Shown here: piece by piece, positions 28,041-42,800 of the stretch
Position numbering within the stretch: the stretch's first letter is position 1
Layout: each line of letters opens with the position of its first letter
DNA from: the human T2T-CHM13v2.0 reference genome, Homo sapiens
Assembly: GCA_009914755.4 (NCBI GenBank)
Contig: CP086569.2
Span: 11,808,001 to 11,872,000 of the forward strand
Length of the DNA: 64,000 bases
Direction: 5' to 3'
Notes under the pieces: generated by a model
Databases searched by the model: none
Told to the model about the DNA's origin: nothing
The model's input: only the letters and a program-made list of their open reading frames with translations
Position numbers and translations under genes: made by a program

Positions 28041-31000
28041 GTATGGAATGGACTGCCATAGAACGGACTGCAGTGTAATGGATTGAATTCTAATTCATTC
28101 AAATGGAATGGAATTGAATGGAATGGAATCCAATGGAATGGATAGGATTGTACTGGAATGGAATAGCATGGAATGCAACGGAGTGGAATGGAGTTGAATG
28201 AAGTGGAATGGAATCGATTGGAATGGAATCAAATGGAATGGACGGGAATGGAATGGACTGGAAGAGAACAGACTCGAATTTAATGGATTGCAATGTAATT
28301 GATTCAAAGGGAATGGAATCGAATGGAATGTAATAAAATTGAAGGGATTTGAGTTCAATGCAATGGAATAGAATGGAATGCAAAGGAAAGGAAAGGTACG
28401 GAGTGAAATCGAGTGTAATGGAATCGAATGGAATGAAATGGAATGGAATGGACTCAAAAGAAATGGACGAGGGACAAAACGGAATCGAACTGATTGGAAT
28501 CGAACGGAACGGAATGGAATGGAATGGTCTCCATTGGATCGGAGTAGAACGGACTGGAATGGAATGGAATGAAATGGAATGGAAAGGAATAGAATGGAAT
28601 GGAATGGAATGGAATGGAATGGAAGGTAATGGAAAGATATCGAACGGATTGGAAAGGAATGGAATGGACCCTAATGGAATGGAATGGAATTCAACAGAAA
28701 CGAATGGAATGGACTGGAGTGCAATGGAGTCGAATGTAATTGACTGGAGTGAAATGGACTCGAAAGGAATGGACTCGAATAGAATGGACTGGAATGGATT
28801 GTACTCGAATGGAGTGGAAAGGAATAAAATGGATTGCACCAGATTGGAATGGAACAGAATGTAATGGAATGGAATGGAATGCAATGGAATGGCTCCAATG
28901 GAATGGAGTCGAATGCAATGGAACAGAAAGGAAAGGAATTGAATGGAATTGAAAGTAATAGAACAAAATGGAGTGCAAAGGAAAGATATTGAATGGAATG
29001 AATCGAAAAGAAATCGAATGGAATGGACAAGAATGGAATGGAATAGAATGGAATAGACTGGCGTGCAATGAAAACGAATGGAATGGAAACGAATTTAATG
29101 CAATGGAAAGGAATGGAGTAGAATAAATACTATGGAATGGAATGGAGGCGAAAGGAAAAGAATGGATTGGAATGTCACCGAATGGAAAGATATGGAATGG
29201 AAAGGAATGGATACGAATGGAATGGAATAGAAAGGAACGGAAAGGTAAAGAATGGAATGGAATCGGATAGAATGGAATGCAATGTAATGGAGTCGAATGG
29301 AAAATAATCGTGTAGAATGATATCGAATGGAATGGAATGGAATGGAATGGACTCGAATGGAATGTACTCAAATGGATTAGAATAGAATGGAATGGAACTA
29401 AACGTAATGAACTCGAATGGAATGGACACAAATAGAATGGAAGAGAAAGGAATGGTATTGAATGGAATTTATTCGAATAGAGTGGAATTCAATGGAATGC
29501 AACAGTGTGGCATGGAATCAAATGGAATGGAATCGAATGGAATGGACCCGAGTGGAATGGACTCACATAGAACAGCCTCGAATGTAATGGATGACAATGT
29601 ATTAGATTCGAAAGGACTGAAATCGAATGGAATGTAATCAAGTAGAACGGAATTGAATGCATGGAATGGCATAGAAAGTAACGCAATGGAATGGAATAGA
29701 CTGGAATGGAATGGAATCGGATGGAATGTAATGAAATGTAATGGAAGGAATGCCATGGAATGGAATGGAATGGAATGCAATGGGACGGTGTATAATGGAG
29801 TGCAATGGATTTCAGTGGAATGTAGTCAAAAGGAAAGAAAGAGAATGGAATTCAATATAATGGAATGGCATCCAATGGCAAGGAATGGAGCGGACTCCAA
29901 TGGAAACGACATGAAAGGAATATAATAAAATGGAATGGTATTGAACGAAATGGAATGTAATGGAGTTAAAAGGTAAAATATCGAATGGAAAAGAATTGAA
30001 TGGACTCGAAAGGAATATAATGGAATGGAATGGACTCGAATGGAATGTACTAGAGTTGAATGGAATCGAATGGAATGGAAAACAATGGAAAGGAAAGGAA
30101 GGGAATTGAAAGGAAAGGAATAGAATGGAATGGAATCGGATGGAACGGAATTGAATGGAATGGAAACTAAAGGAATAGAATAGAAAGGAATCGCATTGAA
30201 TGGAATGGAATAGAATGGAATCAGATGGAACAGAAAGGAATGGAATAGAATCGAATGGAATGGCATCGAATGGATGGAATGAAATGGAATGGAATAGAAA
30301 GGAATGGAATGGACTCGAATGGAACGTACTCAAATGGAATAGAATAGAATGGAATGGAAGTAAATATAATGGACTCGAATGGAATGCATTGGAATAAATT
30401 GGAATTGAGTGTATTGGATTCGAATGGAAACGAATGGAATGGAATGGAATGGAATGGAATGGAATGGAATGGATTCGAATGGAATGGAATCGAATGGAAT
30501 GGAACGAATTTGAATGTAATTGAATGGAGTCAAAAACAGTAGAAATAAATAAAGATTCATCGAATGATATCGAATGGAATTGAATGGAATGTACGCGAAT
30601 GGAATGGACTGGAATGGAATGGAGTGACATGTAACGGAATCGAAAGGAATGGAATCCAATGAAATGGAATTGAATGGAATAGAAATGAATAGAATGGAAT
30701 GGAGATTAATGGAAAGATATTAAAATAATGGAATGGAATTGAGTGGACACGAATGGAATGGACTGGAATGGAAAGGACTCGAATGAAATGCAGTGCATTA
30801 GAATGGACTCGAATGGAATGGATTGGAGTGGAATGGTCTCGAATGGATTAGAAAGGAATGGAATGGAAAGGAATAGAATGGAATGTAATCAAATGGAACG
30901 AAATGGAATGGAATGGATTCGACTGGAGCAGAATTGAATGGAGTGGAATTGAATGGAATGGAATGCAATCGAATGGAATGGACACGAATCAAATAGAATG

Positions 31001-34000
31001 AAATGAAATTGCAAAGAATGGAATGGAATGGAATGGAATGGCATGGAATGGAATGTAACGGAATGGAATGGCATGGAATGGAATGGCATGGCATGGAATG
31101 GAATGGAATGGAATGGAATGGAATGGAATGGATTCGAATGGAATGGAATCGAATGGAATGGAACGAATTGGAATGTAATTGAATGGAGTCAAAAACAGTA
31201 GAAAGAAATAAAGTTTCATCGAATGATATCGAATGGAATTGAATGGAATGTACGCGAATGGAATGGACTGGAATGGAATGGAGTGACATGTAACGGAATC
31301 GAAAGGAATGGAATCCAATGAAATGGAATTGAATGGAATAGAAATGAATAGAATGGAATGGAGATTAATGGAAAGATATTAAAATAATGGAATGGAATTG
31401 AGTGGACACGAATGGAATGGACTGGAATGGAAAGGACTCGAATGAAATGGAGCGCATTAGAATGGACTCGAATGGAATGGATTGGAGTGGAATGGTCTCG
31501 AATGGATTGGAAAGGAATGGAATGGAAAGGAATAGAATGGAATGTAATCAAATGGAACGAAATGGAATGGAATGGATTCGACTGGAGCAGAATTGAATGG
31601 AGTGGAATTGAATGGAATGGAATGCAATCGAATGGAATGGACACGAATCGAATAGAATGAACTGAAATGGCATAGAATGGAATGGAATGGAATGGAATGG
31701 AATGGAATGGAATGGAATGGAATGGAATGGCATGGAATGGAATGGAATGGCATGGCATGGCATGGAATGGAATGGAATGAAATGGATTGGAATGAGATGG
31801 GCCCAAGAGTAATAGACTCAAATAAAAGGGACTCAAATAGAATGAAGTGGAAAGAAACGGTCTCGAATGTAATTTATTCGAATAGAATGATATTGAATGG
31901 AATGCAATAGTATGGAATGGTATCGAATAGAATGGAATGGAATGGAACGGAATGGAACGGAATGGAGTGCAATTGAACGGACTCAAATGCAATAAATTGC
32001 AATATAATTGATTCAAATGGAATGGAATCGAATAGAATGTAAACAAATGGAATGGAAGGCAATGCAATGGAAAGGAATCGAATGAAGTGGAATAAATGGA
32101 ATGGAATGGAATGGAAAGGACGCGAATATATTGGACTGTTAAGGGAAGGTGTCAAATCGAATTAATTCCAATAGAATGGAATCGAATGGAATGCAATACT
32201 ATTGAATCGAATCGAATGGAATGGAATTGAATGGAATGGACAGGAATGGAATGAACCGGAAGTGAATGGACAGGAACGTAATATATTGCAATGTAATTTA
32301 TTCAAATGGAATGGAATGCAATCGAATGGAATGGACTGGAGTGGAATGGACTCAAATGGAATGGCAAGGAATGTAATGGAATGGAATGGAAAGCAAAGGA
32401 ATCTACTGGAATAGAATCGAACGGAACAGAAAGGAATGGAATGGAATGGAGTGGAATGGACTCGAATGGAATGTATTCGAATGTAATGGACCTAAAAAGG
32501 AATGGAATCCAATGGAATGGAATTGAATGGAATCAAAAGGAATAGAAAGGAATAGAGTGTAATTGAATGATATCGAAAGGAAGGGAATGGAATGAACTCG
32601 AATGCAATGCACTGGAATGGAATGGACTCGATCAGAACGGACTGGAGAGGAATGTACACAAATGGAATGGAAACGAATGGAATGGAATGAAATGGAATGG
32701 AATGAAATGGAATTGAAAGGAACGGAATCAAATGGAATGGAATGGAATGGAATGGATTGGAATAGAATGGATTCAAATAAAATAGAATCGATGGGAATGG
32801 TATTGAATGAAAGGGACTTGAATGGAATGGAAAGCAATGGAAGATATTGGAATCGAATGGCATCGAATGAAATGGAATGGAACGGAATGGAACGGAACCG
32901 AATGGAATGGAATGGACTCAAATGTGATGGACACCAATGGAATCGACTGAAATATAATAGTGTCGAAAGGAATGGCCTCGAGCGGAATTTATTTGAATAG
33001 AATGGAATCAAATGGAATACAACACCATTGAATGGAATCGAATGGAATGGAATGGAATGGAATGGAATCAAATGGAATGGAACGGAATTCAATATAATGG
33101 AGTAGAATGGAATGCATTAGAAAGGAGCAGAGTGGAATCAAGAGGAATGGAATCGAGTGGAATGGAATCAATGGGAACAAAATCGAATTGAATGGACTTG
33201 AATGGAATTGAATCGAAAGGAATGGACTGGAACAAAAAGGAATCAAATGGACAGGAATGGGATGGAATGGACACGAACGGAATGGAGTCAAATGCAAACG
33301 CATCGAATGGAATGGATTGAAATGGAATGCAATGGAATGGAACAGAAAGGAAGAGAATGGAATTCAGAGTAATGGAAAGATATCGATTGGAATGAAATGG
33401 AATGGAAAGGAATTGAATGGAAAGGAATGGAGTGGAAAGAAATGGATTGGAAAGGAATGGTCTCCAATGGAATGGACTAGAGTGGAATGGAATCGAATGG
33501 AATGAAAAGAATGGAACGGAATGGAACGGAAAGGAATAGAATGTTATGGAATCCGATTGGACAGAATGGAATGGAATGGAGTTTCATGAAATGGAGTCGA
33601 ATAGAGTGGCATCAAAAGGAATGGAATGGAATGGAGTGGACTCAAAAGGAATGGACTCGAAAGGAATGGAGTCGAACCAAACTGATTCAAATGGATTGAA
33701 GTCGAACAGAATGGAATGGAATGGAATGAACTCGACTGGAGTAGAGAGGAATGTAAAGGAATAGAATGGAATGTAATCAAATGGATTGCAAGTGAATGGA
33801 ATCAAAAATAATAGAAAGGAATGGAGTGTAAAGGGATGATATTGAATATAATGGAATGGAATGGAATTTAATGGAATGGAGACGAAGGAATGGACAGGAA
33901 TGTAATGGACTCCAATGGAATGGAATGGATCAAAATGGATTTGAACAGATTGGAATCGAACGGAATGGAATGCAATGGAATGGAATGGACTCGAATGGAG

Positions 34001-34261
34001 AAGAGACAAATGGAATGGAAACGAATTCAATGGAATTGAAAAGAATAGGATGGAATGGCGTGTAATGGTAAGATACTAAATGGAATGGAATTGAATGGAA
34101 TGTAATGGACCCAAATTTAATGCACTCGAAAGGAATATACTCAAATAGAATGGAATCGAAAGGAAAGGTCTCAAATGGAATTTATTCAATACAATGGAAT
34201 CGAATGGAATGCAATAGAATGGAATGGAATCGAATATAATGGAATCAAATAGAATGGACCA
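28041..34261. repeat. HOR copy 6, 6221 bp, C-like in its 5' part and resembling the downstream haplotype in its 3' part. It contains a 660-bp internal duplication.
   Basis: The 5' part matches copy 5 (246-aa ORF at 28691..29431). From about 30.4 kb onward it shares variants with copies 7-12: NEMERIR rather than NENERIR at 31402..31596, ARNVMEW at 32202..32414, and the CpG gain ggaaCGtact at about 30322. The extra length comes from the duplication listed separately. Confidence 0.8.
30471..31790. repeat. Internal tandem duplication inside HOR copy 6. Copy 1 is about 30471-31130 and copy 2 about 31131-31790, that is 2 x about 660 bp.
   Basis: The string attcgaatggaatggaatcgaatggaatggaacgaatt...gtcaaaaacagtagaaa...tacgcgaatggaatggactggaatggaatggagtgacatgtaacgg...taaaataatggaatggaattgagtggacacgaatgg occurs at 30471 and again at 31131. 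The track shows the MDTNGMDWNGKDSNE... ORF twice, at 30743 and 31402, 659 bp apart. Both breakpoints sit in pure (GGAATGG)n runs at 30431-30470 and 31091-31130. Confidence 0.85.
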
Positions 34262-37200
34262 GAATGGAATGGACTGCCATAGAACGGACTGCAGTGTAAT
34301 GGATTGAATTCTAAATCATTCAAATGGAATGGAATTGAATGGAATGGAATCCAATGGAATGGATAGGATTGTACTGGAATGGAATAGCATGGAATGCAAC
34401 GGAGTGGAATGGAGTTGAATGAAGTGGCATGGAATCGATTGGAATGGAATCAAATGGAATGGACGGGAATGGAATGGACTGGAAGAGAACAGACTGGAAT
34501 TTAATGGATTGCACTGTAATTGATTCAAATGGAATGGAATCGAATGGAATGTAATAAAATTGAAGGGATTTGAGTTCAATGCAATGGAATAGAATGGAAT
34601 GCAAAGGAAAGGAAAGGTACGGAGTGAAATCGAGTGTAATGGAATCGAATGGAATGAAATGGAATGGAATGGACACAAAAGAAATGGACGAGGGACAAAA
34701 CGGAATCGAACTGATTGGAATCGAACGGAACGGAATGGAATGGAATGGTCTCCATTGGATCAGAGTAGAACGGACTGGAATGGAATGGAATGAAATGGAA
34801 TGGAAAGGAATAGAATGGAATGGAATGGAATGGAATGGAATGGAATGGAAGGTAATGGAAAGATATTGAACCGATTGGAAAGGAATGGAATGGACTCTAA
34901 TGGAATGGAATGGAATTCAACAGAAACGAATGGAATGGACTGGAGTGAAATGGAGTCGAATGTAATTGACTGGAGTGGAATGGACTCGAAAGGAATGGAC
35001 TCGAATAGAATGGACTGGAATGGATTGTACTCGATGGAGTGAAAAGGAATAAAATGGATTCCACCAGATTGGAATGGAACAGAATGTAATGGAATGGAAT
35101 GGAATGCAATGGAATAGCTCCAATGGAATGGAGTCGAATGTAATGGAACAGAAAGGAAAGGAAGTGAATGGAATTGAAAGGAATAGAACAAAATGGAGTG
35201 CAAAGGAAAGATATCGAATGGAATGGATCGAAAAGAAATCGAATGGAATGGACAGGAATGGAATGGAATAGAATGGAATAGACTGGCGTGCAATGAAAAC
35301 GAATGGAATGGAAACGAATGGAATGCAATGGAAAGGAATGGAGTAGAATAAATACTATGGAATGGAATGGAGGCGAAAGGAAAAGAATGGATTGGAATGT
35401 CACCGAATGGAAAGATATGGAATGGAAAGGAATGGATACGAATGGAATGGAATAGAAAGGAACGGAAAGGTAAAGAATGGAATGGAATCAGATAGAATGG
35501 AATGCAATGTAATGGAGTCGAATGGAAAATAATCGTGTAGAATGATATCGAATGGAATGGAATTGAATGGAATGGAATGGAATGGACTCGAATGGAATGT
35601 ACTCAAATGGATTAGAATAGAATGGAATGGAACTAAACGTAATGAACTCGAATGGAATGGACACAAATAGAATGGAAGAGAAAGGAATGGTATTGAATGG
35701 AATTTATTCGAATAGAGTGGAATTCAATGGAATGCAACAGTGTGGCATGGAATCAAATGGAATGGAATCGAATGGAATGGACCCGAGTGGAATGGACTCA
35801 CATAGAACAGCCTCGAATGTAATGGATGACAATGTATTAGATTCGAAAGGACTGAAATCGAATGGAATGTAATCAAGTAGAACGGAATTGAATGCATGGA
35901 ATGGCATAGAAAGTAACGCAATGGAATGGAATAGACTGGAATGGAATGGAATCGGATGGAATGTAATGAAATGTAATGGAAGGAATGCCATGGAATGGAA
36001 TGGAATGGAATGCAATGGGACGGTGTATAATGGAGTGCAATGGATTTCAGTGGAATGTAGTCAAAAGGAAAGAAATAGAATGGAATTCAATATAATGGAA
36101 TGGCATCCAATGGCAAGGAATGGAGCGGACTCCAATGGAAACGACATGAAAGGAATATAATATAATGGAATGGCATTGAACGAAATGGAATGCAATGGAG
36201 TTAAAAGGTAAAATATCGAATGGAAAAGAATTGAATGGACTCGAAAGGAATATAATGGAATGGAATGGACTCGAATGGAATGTACTAGAGTTGAATGGAA
36301 TCGAATGGAATGGAAAACAATGGAAAGGAAAGGAAGGGAATTGAAAGGAAAGGAATAGAATGGAATGGAATCGGATGGAACGGAATTGAATGGAATGGAA
36401 ACTAAAGGAATAGAATAGAAAGGAATCGCATTGAATGGAATGGAATGGAATGGAATCAGATGGAACGGAAAGGAATGGAATAGAATCGAATGGAATGGCA
36501 TCGAATGGATGGAATGGAATGTAATGGAATGGAATAGAAAGGAATGGAATGGACTCGAATGGAATGTACTCAAATGGAATAGAGTAGAATGGAATGGAAG
36601 TAAATATAATGGACTCGAATGGAATGCATTGGAATAAATTGGAATTGAGTGTATTGGATTCGAATGGAAAGGAATGGAATGGAATGGAATGGAAAGGAAT
36701 GGAATGGAATGGATTCGAATGGAATGGAATCGAATGGAATGGAACGAATTGGAATGTAATTGAATGGAATCAAAAACAGTAGAAAGAAATAAAGTTTCAT
36801 CGAATGATATCGAATGGAATTGAATGGAATGTACGCGAATGGAATGGATTGGAATGGAATGGAGTGACATGTAACGGAATCGAAAGGAATGGAATCCAAT
36901 GAAATGGAATTGAATGGAATAGAAATGAATAGAATGGAATGGAGATTAATGGAAAGATATTAAAATAATGGAATGGAATTGAGTGGACACGAATGGAATG
37001 GACTGGAATGGAAAGGACTCGAATGAAATGGAGCGCATTAGAATGGACTCGAATGGAATGGATTGGAGTGGAATGGTCTCGAATGGATTTGAAAGGAATG
37101 GAATGGAAAGGAATAGAATGGAATGTAATCAAATGGAACGAAATGGAATGGAATGGATTCGACTGGAGCAGAATTGAATGGAGTGGAATTGAATGGAATG

Positions 37201-39814
37201 GAATGCAATCGAATGGAATGGACACGAATCGAATAGAATGAAATGAAATGGCATAGAATGGAATGGAATGGAATGGAATGGAATGGAATGGAATGGAATG
37301 GCATGGAATGGAATGACATGGCATGGAATGGAATAGAATGAAATGGATTGGAATGTGATGGGCCCAAAAGTAATAGACTCAAATAAAAGGGACTCAAATA
37401 GAATGAACTGGAAAGAAACGGTCTCGAATGTAATTTATTCGAATAGAATGATATTGAATGGAATGCAACAGTATGGAATGGTATCGAATAGAATGGAATA
37501 GAATGGAATGGAATGGAACGGAATGGAGTGCAATTGAACGGACTCAAATGCAATAAATTGCAATATAATTCATTCAAATAGAACGGAATCGAATAGAATG
37601 TAAACAAATGGAATGGAAGGCAATGCAATGGAAAGGAATCGAATGAAATGGAATAAATGGAATGGAATGGAATGGAAAGGACGCGAATATATTGGACTGT
37701 TAAGGAAAGGTGTCAAATCGACTTTATTCCAATAGAATGGAATCGAATGGAATGCAATACTATTGAATCGAATCGAATGGAATGGAATTGAATGGAATGG
37801 ACAGGAATGGAATGAATTGGAAGTGAATGGACAGGAACGTAATATATTGCAAAGTAATTTATTCAAATGGAATGGAATGCAATCGAATGGAATGGACTCG
37901 ATTGGAATGGACTGGAGTGGAATGGACTCAAATGGAATGGCAAGGAATGTAATGGAATGGAATGGAAAACAAAGGAATCTACTGGAATAGAATCGAACGG
38001 AACAGAAAGGAATGGAATGGAATGGAGTGGAATGGACTCGAATGGAATGTATTCGAATGTAATGGACCTAAAAAGGAATGGAATCCAATGGAATGGAATT
38101 GAATGGAATCAAAAGGAATAGAAAGGAATAGAGTGTAATTGAATATCGAAAGGAAGGGAATGGAATGAACTCGAATGGAATGCGCTGGAATGGAATGGAC
38201 TCGATCAGAACGGACTGGATAGGAATGTCCACAAATGGAATGAAAACGAATGGAATGGAATGAAATGGAATTGAAAGGAACGGAATCAAATGGAATGGAA
38301 TGGAATGGAATGGATTGGAATAGAATGGATACAAATAAAATAGAATCGATGGGAATGGTATTGAATGAAAGGGACTTGAATGGAATGGAAAGCAATGGAA
38401 GATATTGGAATCGAATGGCATCCAATGAAATGGAATGGAACGGAATCGAATGGAATGGAATGGACTCAAATGTAATGGACACCAATGGATTCGACTGAAA
38501 TATAATAGTGTCGAAAGGAATGGCCTCGAGCGGAATTTATTTGAATAGAATGGAATAAAATGGAATACAATACCATTGAATGGAATCGAATGGAATGGAA
38601 TCGAATGGAATGTAATCAAATGGAATGGAACGGAATTCAATACAATGGAGTAGAATGGAATGCATTGGAAAGGAGCAGAGTGGAATCAAGTGGAATGGAA
38701 TCGAGTGGAATGGAATCAATGGGAACAAAATCAAATTGAATGGACTTGAATGGAATTGACTCGAAAGGAATGGTCTGGAAAAAAAAGGAATCAAATGGAC
38801 AGGAATGGGATGGAATGGACATGAATGGAATGGAGTAAAATGCAAACGCATCGAATGGAATGGATTGAAATGGAATGCAATGGAATGGAACAGAAAGGAA
38901 GAGAATGGAATTGAGAGTAATGGAAAGATATCGATTGGAATGAAATGGAATGGAAAGGAATTGAATGGAAAGGAATGGAGTGGAAAGAAATGGATTGGAA
39001 TGGAATGGTCTCCAATGGAATGGACTGGAGTGGAATGGAAACGAATGGAATGAAAAGAATGGAACGGAATGGAACGGAAAGGAATAGAATGTTATGGAAT
39101 CCGATTGGACAGAATGGAATGGAATGGAGTTTCATGAAATGGAGTCGAATAGAGTGGCATCAAAAGGAATGGAATGGAATGGAGTGGACTCAAAAGGAAT
39201 GGACTCGAAAGGAATGGAGTCCAACAAAACTGATTCAAATGGATTGAAGTCGAACAGAATGGAATGGAATGGAATGGAATGAACTCGACTGGAGTAGAGA
39301 GGAATGTAAAGGAATAGAATGGAATGTAATCAAATGGATTGCAAGTGAATGGAATCAAAAATAATAGAAAGGAATGGAGTGTAAAGGGATGATATTGAAT
39401 ATAATGGAATGGAATGGAATTTAATGGAATGGAGACGAAGGAATGGACAGGAATGTAATGGACTCCAATGGAATGGAATGGATCAAAATGGATTTGAACA
39501 GATTGGAATCGAACGGAATGGAATGCAATGGAATGGAATGGACTCGAATGGAGAAGAGACAAATGGAATGGAAACGAATTCAATGGAATTGAAAAGAATA
39601 GGATGGAATGGCGTGTAATGGTAAGATACTAAGTGGAATGGAATTGAATGGAATGTAATGGACCCAAATGTAATGCACTCGAAAGGAATATACTCAAATA
39701 GAATGGAATCGAAAGGAAAGGTCTCAAATGGAATTTATTCAATACAATGGAATCGAATGGAATGCAATAGAATGGAATGGAATCGAATGTAATGGAATCA
39801 AATAGAATGGACCA
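34262..39814. repeat. HOR copy 7, 5553 bp, first copy of the second domain. It is its own variant, related to D and E.
   Basis: The anchor reads accagaatggaatggactgcc...ttctaaatcattc, differing from accagtatgg...ttctaattcattc in domain 1. The ATAAT seed is ataatataat at about 36147-36160, that is 2 perfect copies. Confidence 0.8.
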
Positions 39815-42800
39815 GAATGGAATGGACTGCCATAGAACGGACTGCAGTGTAATGGATTGAATTCTAATTCATTCAAATGGAATGGAATTGAATGGAATGG
39901 AATCCAATGGAATGGATAGGATTGTACTGGAATGGAATAGCATGGAATGCAACGGAGTGGAATGGAGTTGAATGAAGTGGAATGGAATCGATTGGAATGG
40001 AATCAAATGGAATGGACGGGAATGGAATGGACTGGAAGAGAACAGACTGGAATTTAATGGATTGCACTGTAATTGATTCAAATGGAATGGAATCGAATGG
40101 AATGTAATAAAATTGAAGGGATTTGAGTTCAATGCAATGGAATAGAATGGAATGCAAAGGAAAGGAAAGGTACGGAGTGAAATCGAGTGTAATGGAATCG
40201 AATGGAATGAAATGGAATGGAATGGACTCAAAAGAAATGGACGAGGGACAAAACGGAATCGAACTGATTGGAATCGAACGGAACGGAATGGAATGGAATG
40301 GTCTCCATTGGATCGGAGTAGAACGGACTGGAATGGAATGGAATGAAATGGAATGGAAAGGAATAGAATGGAATGGAATGGAATGGAATGGAATGGAAGG
40401 TAATGGAAAGATATCGAACGGATTGGAAAGGAATGGAATGCACCCTAATGGAATGGAATGGAATTCAACAGAAACGAATGGAATGGACTGGAGTGAAATG
40501 GAGTCGAATGTAATTGACTGGAGTGGAATGGACTCGAAAGGAATGGACTCGAATAGAATGGACTGGAATGGATTGTACTCGAATGGAGTGGAATGGAATA
40601 AAATGGATTCCACCAGATTGGAATGGAACAGAATGTAATGGAATGGAATGGAATGCAACGGAATAGCTCCAATGGAATGGAGTCGAATGCAATGGAACAG
40701 AAAGGAAAGGAATTGAATGGAATTGAAAGGAATAGAACAAAATGGAGTGCAAAGGAAAGATATCGAATGGAATGGATCGAAAAGAAATCGAATGGAATGG
40801 ACAGGAATGGAATGGAATAGAATGGAATAGACTGGCGTGCAATGAAAACGAATGGAATGGAAACGAATGGAATGCAATGGAAAGGAATGGAGTAGAATAA
40901 ATACTATGGAATGGAATGGAGGCGAAAGGAAAAGAATGGATTGGAATGTCACCGAATGGAAAGATATGGAATGGAAAGGAATGGATACGAATGGAATGGA
41001 ATAGAAAGGAACGGAAAGGTAAAGAATGGAATGGAATCGGATAGAATGGAATGCAATGTAATGGAGTCGAATGGAAAATAATCGTGTAGAATGATATCGA
41101 ATGGAATGGAATTGAATGGAATGGAATGGAATGGACTCGAATGGAATGTACTCAAATGGATTAGAATAGAATGGAATGGAATTAAACGTAATGAACTCGA
41201 ATGGAATGGACACAATTAGAATGGAAGAGAAAGGAATGGTATTGAATGGAATTTATTCGAATAGAGTGGAATTGAATGGAATGCAACAGTGTGGCATGGA
41301 ATCAAATGGAATGGAATCGAATGGAATGGACCCGAGTGGAATGGACTCACATAGAACAGCCTCGAATGTAATGGATGACAATGTATTAGATTCGAAAGGA
41401 CTGAAATCGAATGGAATGTAATCAAGTAGAACGGAATTGAATGCATGGAATGGCATGGAAAGTAACGCAATGGAATGGAATAGACTGGAATGGAATGGAA
41501 TCGGATGGAATGTAATGAAATGTAATGGAAGGAATGCCATGGAATGGAATGGAATGGAATGCAATGGGACGGTGTATAATGGAGTGCAATGGATTTCAGT
41601 GGAATGTAGTCAAAAGGAAAGAAATAGAATGGAATTCAATATAATGGAATGGCATCCAATGGCAAGGAATGGAGCGGACTCCAATGGAAACGACATGAAA
41701 GGAATATAATATAATGGAATGGCATTGAACGAAATGGAACGCAATGGAGTTAAAAGGTAAAATATCGAATGGAAAAGAATTGAATGGACTCGAAAGGAAT
41801 ATAATGGAATGGAATGGACTCGAATGGAATGTACTAGAGTTGAATGGAATCGAATGGAATGGAAAACAATGGAAAGGAAAGGAAAGGAATTGAAAGGAAA
41901 GGAATAGAATGGAATGGAATCGGATGGAACGGAATTGAATGGAATGGAAACTACAGGAATAGAATAGAAAGGAATCGCATTGAATGGAATGGAATGGAAT
42001 GGAATCAGATGGAACAGAAAGGAATGGAATAGAATCGAATGGAATGGCATCGAATGGATGGAATGGAATGGAATGGAATGGAATAGAAAGGAATGGAATG
42101 GACTCGAATGGAATGTACTCAAATGGAATAGAATAGAATGGAATGGAAGTAAATATAATGGACTCGAATGGAATGCATTGGAATAAATTGGAATTGAGTG
42201 TATTGGATTCGAATGGAAAGGAATGGAATGGAATGGAATGGAATGGAATGGAATGGAATGGATTCGAATGGAATGGAATCGAATGGAATGGAACGAATTG
42301 GAATGTAATTGAATGGAGTCAAAAACAGTAGAAAAAAATAAAGTTTCATCGAATGATATCGAATGGAATTGAATAGAATGTACGCGAATGGAATGGACTG
42401 GAATGGAATGGAGTGACATGTAACGGAATCGAAAGGAATGGAATCCAATGAAATGGAATTGAATGGAATAGAAATGAATAGAATGGAATGGAGATTAATG
42501 GAAAGATATTAAAATAATGGAATGGAATTGAGTGGACACGAATGGAATGGACTGGAATGGAAAGGACTCGAATGAAATGGAGCGCATTAGCATGGACTCG
42601 AATGGAATGGATTGGAGTGGAATGGTCTCGAATGGATTGGAATGGAATGGAATGGAAAGGAATAGAATGGAATGTAATCAAATGGAACGAAATGGAATGG
42701 AATGGATTCGACTGGAGCAGAATTGAATGGAGTGCAATTGAATGGAATGGAATGCAATCGAATGGAATGGACACGAATCGAATAGAATGAAATGAAATGG

